The notes beneath the pieces are model-generated. The model was not told the origin of the DNA. It did no database searches and was given only the letters and a program-made list of their open reading frames with translations. Shown in pieces: positions 55,063-64,000 of a stretch of 64,000 nt of DNA. The position numbers were made by a program, and so were the translations under genes. The stretch lies in the NCBI GenBank assembly GCA_051362555.1, contig CM120647.1, positions 7,502,001 to 7,566,000 of the forward strand. The letters are read 5' to 3'. Each line of letters starts with the position of its first letter. The first letter of the stretch is position 1. The DNA is from Lingula anatina. Taxonomy: Eukaryota > Animalia > Brachiopoda.

Positions 55063-58000
55063 ATGAGGGTCACGCCGTCTGTCTTTGCCGTGTAAGTATA
55101 TGGCCTCATTTTTTGAAACCTCCCTGAAAGCATACATGTGCATCAACCAATTTAGAAGAACGGTTACACTTTGCTATGTTTGCCTTATATATGGAGTCGG
55201 TAGCACAATATATTTAAAACATATTTAAATATTTCCTTGATTTACTACTACTGAAGGAAGCAATCCAACCTTGCTACTGAGGATATATGTCATTTACATT
55301 TATTTTTAACGCCAATTATTTCTTATGTTTTCGTCATCTCGATATAAAAGAAATATTTCTTTTCTCGACAATGGAATAATTCTCGAAGGTCGTTCTGCAG
55401 ATAAGCTTTCCGTTTGCTACCTTCATGTCAACATCTATTCCATTACTTAGGTTATTGGTATTTGCCGTGCTCGGTTCCGTGTTGGGTAAAGCCAAGAACA
55501 CAAACCTCGCAGAAAACACTTTGGTTCAGAGGGCTCTGACCGATGAAGAACTGAAAGATCCCAATAAACGCGTCGGTAAGAAAATTAATCATAATAATTA
55601 CGTTAATTATCATTAACGATTCTATTCACGTTTTGATATCCCCATATGAGTGTAACCTAAGGAGAATTCTCATCAGGAGGGGGAGAATTCCCAATTTATG
55701 TAACTCGAGGCGATAAATTGAAGCTGCATTCACACACGATAGGTTTAACTGAGACGCTTCTTTTGTATTAATGACGCTGAAAAATAGTATCCTTTGATTA
55801 GTCTCAATCAGCGGTGTCCAATCTTCAAAATCATGAACTTTTACCAGGCAAATATTGCTCTGCTTTAATGGTAGTTTAACGATGCGTAAGCAGCTGACTG
55901 GATTCATCAATATTTAAATGCACCCCCTTACTAGCAAAAATGTTTTCAAGAACCCTTGAGTTTGAAAAATAAAATAACCATTTGTTGCGAGAGAATTTGG
56001 TATTCATTTAACTTGCATGTATTAATTAACAATTTTACAGCCGTAGGTGCAGTAGTGGCTGGTGTAACAGCCGTGCTGCCCCTCCTGGAGAAGGTCGCAT
56101 CATACGTTCACACGGCCCGGTCCTGCGTGATAGCCATTGCAAACCAAGGGAACAAAGCCTTAGTAAATCCAACTTGGTAAGTCCTTGCCTGCCTCTGAAT
56201 ATCAGTCTGGCCTTTTATCTATATTCAGTTATTATTGTCATAACAATAATAATTATTATATAATATTAATTGCTGTAGTCATTATTATTATTATCATTCG
56301 ATGAAAAAACCCTGTAATTTAATTGTTTATAAACGACCATCAGCTAGAACATGAATATTTACACCATGGCCATTGGACTTGGACGCACAATCATTTTCTT
56401 TTTTGACTAAGATATGGAGCATACAAATCTGTTTGTCCTTGTCAATTGAAAAATACATGTATACAATCGTGTCATACGGTCACTTCTTGTTGTCCAATAC
56501 CAGGTACACGGACAATGGTGTTATCAGTGGTCATCCGCCGTACACCATTCTGCCCAATACAACCGGACTCCTGGAGTTTGACCAAGGCAAACGTGAGTTT
56601 CTGAATTATCATTATTATTAGTCAAAGTGTGATTGTTAACTCTGCTTAACAGCTGTTGCCTTGGCAACGGCATGGAACGTTAACTAGTTCATAAAGTTAA
56701 CAGTGTGAAAAAATAATATGAACTTTACAGCAACTACTCAAAATATGAAATCTTAATTACCACAGTTTTTGTGAAACTTAATTTTCCGAAGTAATGAGAG
56801 GAAAGTGTCCAAAAAGCGACCAAGGCCTGTTTTGATGGGTTAGCATTAAATCCTGACAAGATGCTGAAAAAATGTTCTAATGTTACTTTGCCTTACAGTT
56901 CCCGCGGGCACCGAAGGGGTGGTGGCATACGAGGTGGCCGGAACCAACTGGAGAGTCGCCGTGATGTGGAGTGTGCCGTATATCTATGGAATCTGGTCCA
57001 ACCATTTCCACGTGAAGGTACGAGACATCCGGGCTCTTGATACGTCAGCATACACGAAATTGACATACTTTAAATGCCCGGATATCTATTCAAAACATCT
57101 GGGTCTTTGATGGGTCTGTATATACTGTAATATGCATCGACGTCATATGAAATGTGAAAAGGGGTTAGCTTTCATTGGGAAATAGGTCGATAACGTAATT
57201 ATTTTTCTTTTTTATTTAACGTTAATCAGGTGTATAATAACATGGACGCTTCAAAGGAGATGTTCAAACAGATGTACCATCTCGCCGACCCCCGCAATGC
57301 GGAAAACGGCGGCTACATCAACGCCGTTGAACACGGCATTGTCATGCGGTCCACCATGACCGACTCCAGCGTGGCCCGTCTTGCCGTATGGGTCGACCCC
57401 AGCAACCCCGAAGGTGACATCTGGTGGAAGAATTTGCACTCCGGATGTTCTTATAACGCGGTTAGTTTAAATTTTTCTCTCAGGCGAGAAGAGCAAATTC
57501 TTACGGTGGTACAAAACGCAGCCATTTTGTTAACTTCGGCAAATCATAGGGTAGAGAGAGAGACCCACGTAAACTGTATAGTTTAATAATAATAAAAATA
57601 ACAATAATAATAATGATAATAATAATACACGGCGCGTTTCTATGCTATTAGTCTTATTATGATTATCAAAGTGAAAGTTATATTTCATTCAGTTTTTTTA
57701 TGCTGAAATAATTACTTAACGACATACAAACTGCGACATCTGGGGGACCGTGCCTGGGAGACATCCCTCGCGACACCGCTGACAATTCAAAATCAGTTCA
57801 CCTGAAGAAGATCTTCTTGTCATTTAAGGACGAAACATCGTGATTTCCGTTTCGACGTAAGAACCAGTATTAGATAAAATTTTCTCATTATCTCAGTACA
57901 ATGCATTATTATAGTTATTATTATTTTTATTATTATTAATACTATTATATCATATTTACCGTTTTATTTTTCTCTTAAAGCTATGGTTCAGTAGTTACTG

Positions 58001-58109
58001 CTGGAGAGAGTGCCCTAACGCCACGGGATGGTGCTGGCAGGATATTAAGTGCAGTAACGACAACGCCTGTAGTATTACCATGGCCCAAAAGTGCCACTCT
58101 GGGTGTTAG
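55063..58109 (+). CDS. Actinoporin-like pore-forming prepro-protein 2 with C-terminal 8-Cys domain, ~285 aa
   Basis: Exons 55063-55091, 55451-55575, 56041-56176, 56504-56592, 56899-57017, 57230-57460 and 57981-58109, with the same intron phases as paralog 1. DEELKDPNKR propart; GTEGVVAY...VAVMWSVPYIYGIWSNHFHV matches the actinoporin VxFSVPYDYNxYSNW signature. Confidence 0.9.
57798..57843 (+). ncRNA. Degenerate minimal hammerhead ribozyme (Penelope-type) in the last intron of actinoporin-like 2
   Basis: TCAC-CTGAAGA-(imperfect stem II)-GAAA-CA-TC-GTGA. Stem I TCAC/GTGA is intact; stems II and III are mutated. Confidence 0.45.
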
Positions 58110-59645
58110 GTTTAATGTGGCATGACACAGATTTGGTGGAAAAAATGGATGTTGCCTTTTTTGAAAGTGAAAGCTGTGTTGTGGAATGAATAAATTATGC
58201 AGATCAAACTGGTATTTTTCTTGAATATTTAATAAGCTTATACATACATTCTTTGTGCATTTAAAGGGACAACAACTTTCCATTTTCATGGAAAAGTATC
58301 ATAAAACGGATTTATTGAGGTAAACGACGGTTTCCCATATTTACTAATGGTTAATAAATCCGTTCCGACATTCGATTCTTTCACCTTTGAAAATCCACCT
58401 AGCAAACACAGATTTCAAAATAATTGCGATAACCGCTGTACAATGGAATGTGTTATGTTTTTGTGTGTTTTTTACAAGTTATTTATTGCTAAAATTTGAA
58501 TCTCATATGAAGAGTTGTTATCCTTTTATAGTCTGTAAAGTGCATATGCCCCTCGATTTCATTTCAGACCATTTCCATTTTCGCGAGTGTAACTTCTGTA
58601 TATAGATTTTGCTAAAAGAAGTATAAATGAATTAATATTGAAGACCGCTAACCTCACTAAATGTTCCAAATTTTAATAAGACATCAGTAAAAAGCATAAC
58701 TCTTTGTCTTTTCGGAACAATTTATACCTTCTAACCAATAGGAAGACCTATATTGCCGGAAGTAAAGCTAATTTGACCCTGTCATTTTTGTAGGGACTGA
58801 CTTGGTTCTTTAGCAGTACTTACTCAGGCTTTTCTTCCTTTTCTGAGACAGTTACGGTCAAGGTCACAAGAGAGTAGATGTCAATACGACTGCTCCTATT
58901 GCCTGGCCAACTCACCTCATTTATAGGGAAAAGTTTCCAGTCTATATACTGGTACAAACTGTATTTATATAATAGCACGAAAGCAAGACACTTATGTTAA
59001 AACAGTCGGTAGTTTTACCAGTCTTCCCTAATCGTGAAAGGCAAAATTTTATGTCGAAAACTGGAGAAGCCTCTCCGCTCTCTTTCTGATAAGGGGAGTT
59101 ACCGATGTATACATTGCTCTGGGATAGATAACATGATAACTACTCACTATGACACTCTGGTGTTACACCTGACTATGCTCACTCATGTGACTCTGGGTCA
59201 GTTTCAACTCCACTCAGACCAAAAACACTCAGACCAGCAGAGAGTGTTACTATATTTTTCTTTCTCTAAGACTCCACAATTACGTAAGTGTTATTTCAGT
59301 GTCATATATCTATTAGATGAGAAGAGTTGTTTTATTTGTAAAGAATATTGTAAGGTATTTTTACATTTTGTAAGGTATTTTCCAATTTTCTAGAGACCAG
59401 CAATACTACAGTACAATATAGTGTAGTGCTGTTTTAAAATAAAACACAAAAAGGTTAAGCTGCGTTAATGAATCGTAAAACCTACCCCATTATGGTCGGT
59501 AGTTGGGATTTTTTCCATGAGAAAGGATTTTTATTAATTTAGAACTCGGCTTCAGCCTGCATTGCACCAGTAAGTTATGTCATTCTTCATATTTCAATCT
59601 TTAAATGTGGCATTGTAGTGCTCCATACATTGGTATTAATAACTA

Positions 59646-60648
59646 CCCAGCGGGCAAATTGTGTTGTTTTAACGTTGAAACAACGTTGAACCATAACGTT
59701 GAGAAGACATTGGATAATCGTTTGATTTGAAAGTTGTGTCAACCTCAGAAAACAACGTTGTATCAACGTCAGAAAACAATGTTATATCAACCCCACCCAG
59801 CGGGAAATTAGCCTGGATGTGTTTAGCAGTAGGACATGTTTTATGGCTAAATATATGTAGGGTATAAATGTATGGCCTTTAAGTTAAAATTTCCAAGGTT
59901 TAGATTAATATGTATAGTTCTTTTCTTATATATATACAATCCATAACTGCAAAGTTGTGTCATTGACCAAAATACAACGTTGAGTCAACGTGACTGGATC
60001 AACGTTGATTTTACCTTGAATTTAGGTAGATCAACGGCAATTCAACGTATCAACCTGTTTTCAACGTTAATCCAACGCAACTATGCCTGCTGGGTATACC
60101 CCACAGGGGAGTGTAATTAATGTAACAATTGTTTTTTTCCCACAATGCAATGGTTACATATAGAAGATACCCAGCAGGCATAGTCGCGTTGGATAAACGT
60201 TGTAAACAGGTTAATACGTTGAATTGCCGTTGATCTACCTAAATTCAACGTAAAATCAACGTTGATCCAGCCACGTCAAAACACCGTCATAATGTGACGT
60301 TGACTCAACGTTGTATTTTGGTCATTGACACAACCTTGCAGACATGGATTGTAATTTAAAATATTAATTATTGAAAACGTGATACTTTGTTTATCAATAC
60401 TGTAACTAACTTTATCAAAATAATAAAAAAGTGTTTTAAAGTAAAGGTGACAGTTGTTTTGTGTCTTTGGTGAACTAGTGAATTTTCTTAACTTGTCATT
60501 CAGAAATACATTCCAATAAACTTCTTTGCAAGGTCAGCTAACACTAGAATAAATAAGTCGCTGTAAATGTGATTGAGTGAAGTTAATAAAGTTGACAATT
60601 CTCGGTACCCTGTTATAGATAGACAGGTTGAGGTGACTGTGACTTTGT

Positions 60649-60722
<74 letters not shown>

Positions 60723-61114
60723 TCTAAACCTTGGAAATTATAACTTAAAGGCCATACCCTACATATATTTAGCCTTCAAACATGTCCTACTGCTAAACAC
60801 ATCCAGGCTAAAAGGGTGTACCATGCTTAGGTGCAAAACATGCTTAGGAGCTAGATGCGTTGAAAAAATCAGACACGCAGGCACGTGGATGTTTTTACAG
60901 TGTACGTTATAATTGTCTACCTGTGTTTTGTACCAAAAATAAAAACATTTCATGTCATTTTTATGTCTTTTCATGCAAGAATGTTGTCTAACAACTGGGG
61001 TTGATACAATGATGTTATCTGACGTTGAGTCAACTTCCAAATCCAATGTTTATCCAACGTATTATCAGCGTTTTGGTTTAACGTTGTTTCAACGTTAAAA
61101 CAACACACGCTGGG
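59646..61114. mobile_element. Two inverted copies of a TA|CCCAGC...GCTGGG|TA non-autonomous element
   Basis: 59646-60094 and 60170-61114 are reverse complements of each other, with CAACGTTG subterminal repeats. The second copy has internal insertions. Confidence 0.8.
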
Positions 61115-62502
61115 TAGCAAAATTCTAGTAGCTACCAACAGCTCTTTTAACCTATAACACATCCATCGGATACTGAATAATTTTTACAAGGTCCTTGAAC
61201 GATTAAAATGATACCCAGGACGAATAAAAGGCTCGCTTTTTTCGTCAAAACAAGGTCTAATATCACAGATACCATTGTATTGTTCACTTTCTTATTTCAC
61301 CAATGGGTAATTACGACCTATTGCCGTTTAAAATTACTCCGGCACCATCCTGCAATTTCCGTTTTATTATCCCATGCATATATATAGCAGTTTTGTAATT
61401 GCATGATAAAACATTTCGACGAGGCGCTAATGTTAGAAGTTACATAAATATAATTACATATGGTGTTTTTAGATCTAAAACATGTTATCCATTTCCTAGT
61501 GATTATGATAATTTTCAATTTTGGAGAGAGAATTTAAAATGTTGGTTAGAAATAAGCTTATTTGGAATAATGTAGTGAATGATCAATTATGTTGTAGTCG
61601 TCTTTATGTAGACGACAATCATCTTTGGATAGACTATTTAACAGCAGTACACATGAGCTGTCTGTATAATCAACTTCGTCATTCTGGGTGGTCATTGTGA
61701 AGCACATAAGTCAAGGTAATGTGCTATAAGAAAGGAATTCACTGGGGCAAATCTTCTACCATAAACATTGTTTTTTCATAATTAAATACTATTTTTTATC
61801 TTAAATTAGATCTGTTTTGTAACCAGCTATCCAAAAGCTGCAAATGTAAACGCCACTAGACTTTTTATTAAAAAGTAGTTCTATTCTTGAGTTCGCAATA
61901 TATCCACCACGCCAGCAGTGGAAGATGCGTACAGTAGGCTATACTTAATATCACATAGTTGACGAGGCAGCCCGACGAGGTGAGATGTTTTAGGGTACCA
62001 TCTCGAAAGGGCATTGCTGATACAAGCAGACTACCCCGGCTCACATGAGACGTGCAGGGAATGCATTTTAAAGTATGACATACTGAAAAAAAACAACTTG
62101 TCTACATGTTCGTGCAAAGTCAAATGTGTATATGAAGTTTATTGTGCTTGTTCACTGGTCCACAGGGTTTTTGTACGGATTTGTGTATGTGTGTGTGTGG
62201 GGGGGGGGGGGGGGGGGGGGATGCAACGTTAGGAAAACTAAAGTTGAGACGAGGAAAATGGTATTTTGTTTTGCCATAAAATCTATGGCACAGGATTACC
62301 CGAATGTTTTTGGGTTTTGCTCCTTCAACCTTTATTTATTTATATATTTATTTATTTAAGTATTTTATTTTATATTATTTTAAGGGGGGAAGTGGTTGCT
62401 CAAAATCTGTCAAATCAAACCTCAAATCCAGACATTTGGCAATGCACTTTTTGTTTCACTCCACTATTTGGGTTTGAACAAAACTCCTCATTTATCCTCA
62501 GT

Positions 62503-63010
62503 ATGAAGATTGTGGCCGTGGTGTTAACATTGGTGGTCCTTGTTAGCCTCTCTTCGGCACAGCTGACCTTGTATCCTCGCCCCAACAAAACAAGTGGTAA
62601 GTATATAACTCTCTTCACTTTCCTTCCTTCCCATTTTTCTCTTTTTACCCTGTCCCACCTACTCCATTCTTATCTCTCCCATCTTTATTAGACTTAAAAT
62701 GACTATTTAAGGGCTTAATTACAATTAAATTGCAACAAAAAAGACCAAAAAAAATAATGTGATTTATTTAAAAAATATCTGGGACCTTTTCTTGTTATTA
62801 TTCTCTATATTACTTGTTTTAGGTTGTCCTGGAAACCTGGTACTCACTAAACATTGCGACAGGGTTTGTGCCAAAACATGCGCTCAACCTGTCCTCGGAA
62901 TGTGTTATTTCCTGTGTTGGAGAGGTTGCGTTTGCCCCAAGGACCGCCCTATCGTCCTGGATAAGGAAACCTGGACATGCGGAAGGCTGGCTGACTGCCC
63001 TGCACAATAA
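62503..63010 (+). CDS. Secreted TIL-domain (trypsin-inhibitor-like, 10-Cys) peptide
   Basis: Exon 62503-62596 (MKIVAVVLTLVVLVSLSSAQ..., phase 1) joins exon 62823-63010 (CPGN...CDRVCAKTC...CYFLCWRGCVCP...TCGRLADCP), which has canonical TIL Cys spacing. Confidence 0.88.
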
Positions 63011-63950
63011 ATTGACACTTTTTGAAAGTTTTGCCCATTTTCTGTAGGATCTAAGGTAAAGCTGTAGATTGAGCGTGGCTCATGATCAGCAAATACACAT
63101 TTGAAACTTGTTGGAATCTTTTTTGTTGTTGTTGGCGTATCATATGGTTAAATAATGTGAATGATAAAAATTTGATTCGTTTTTGCGTTAATAGCTTCCA
63201 ACGGGGAATAAACACAGATGAAACGTTAACTTTGTCTACATTTTTTAAAATGTATATCATTAAAAAGATTCTGTTTAGGCAAATTGGTTCGCCTTTTGAA
63301 CTTCTTATTTGCCAAGCAGCCTTCTTGAATAGGGTCGTTTCGGGTGATTATTTGTTTATTTGTTAATGTTGTTATAGAATTGTCATTTTCATCATAATTT
63401 CCTTTTTGTTTAATAGAAAAAACATCTGCCAAAGTTTCGAGAAGTCATTGTTAATTATCTTTTTGAAATAAACTACCGATAGAACAGGGCTTCTCCGTAC
63501 GTATCAATAAGAACCTTGCCCTGAATCGTGACAGTTTTATTATTATTATTTATTTACTTATTTATTTTTATAAGTTAAAAGTACATAGGATTAATCAACG
63601 TAGATTACACAACTTCAAAGCAAATGTAAATTGTTATACCCGGCAAAGGCGGTGACGACGCGTTGGCTAAGCATTATACTTGTAGCTTCTTACATTAATA
63701 ATGGCGCTATAGGGATATTAAAATAATAAATAGTAAAATAAATATTAAAATATCCAGATTAATGCTGACATCAATCTTACTGTATTTGTGCCAATGTAAC
63801 CGAACGGTTGTACAATTGTGTCAGTCACATGAACCGATTACTTACTAGTATAATAAAAAGTACACAAAAAAAGACTTTTCCTGGAGCAAACGACAATTTC
63901 CCCATACTAACCAATGGTAAATGGATCAATGCCGAAATTTAAAGTGAGTC

Positions 63951-64000
<50 letters not shown>

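Noticed and set aside
55425-55450. ATG at 55425 as the start of actinoporin-like 2
   Set aside because: An upstream micro-exon (55063-55091) with a matching phase-2 junction mirrors paralog 1 and gives a better signal peptide.
61965-62012. Hairpin followed by GAAA resembling a hammerhead
   Set aside because: The core is CCGACGA and is not adjacent to stem II; no closing stems.
63953-64000. Long poly-T runs (also ~15350-15400 and ~9865-9900)
   Set aside because: Simple homopolymers with no associated retroelement body visible in the window.

Overview
AT-rich, intron-containing animal DNA, probably a marine invertebrate (lophotrochozoan/mollusc-like; this is inference). Left half (~2.7-28.7 kb): a tandem segmental duplication. 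Each unit carries an uncharacterised Cys/Pro/Asn-rich multi-exon gene and an intronless DxD glycosyltransferase-like gene. One glycosyltransferase copy is intact (27340-28632) and two are broken. The second unit contains a 9.5-kb composite insertion: an apparently intact ISL2EU-type transposon (THAP-DDE transposase plus SWIM-YqaJ-PHD gene) nested inside a CAG-ended element with 18-bp TIRs and a 3-bp TSD. The empty site survives in the first unit. Right half: an intronless peptide-receptor-like GPCR, a secreted two-domain CSab defensin-like peptide, 8-exon EXOSC6 (MTR3), two tandem actinoporin-like prepro-proteins each fused to a C-terminal 8-Cys/Trp-rich domain, and a secreted TIL-domain inhibitor. 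Many MITEs, Tc1 fossils and simple repeats lie in between. All exon structures were assembled by hand from splice sites and reading frames; no database searches were run.
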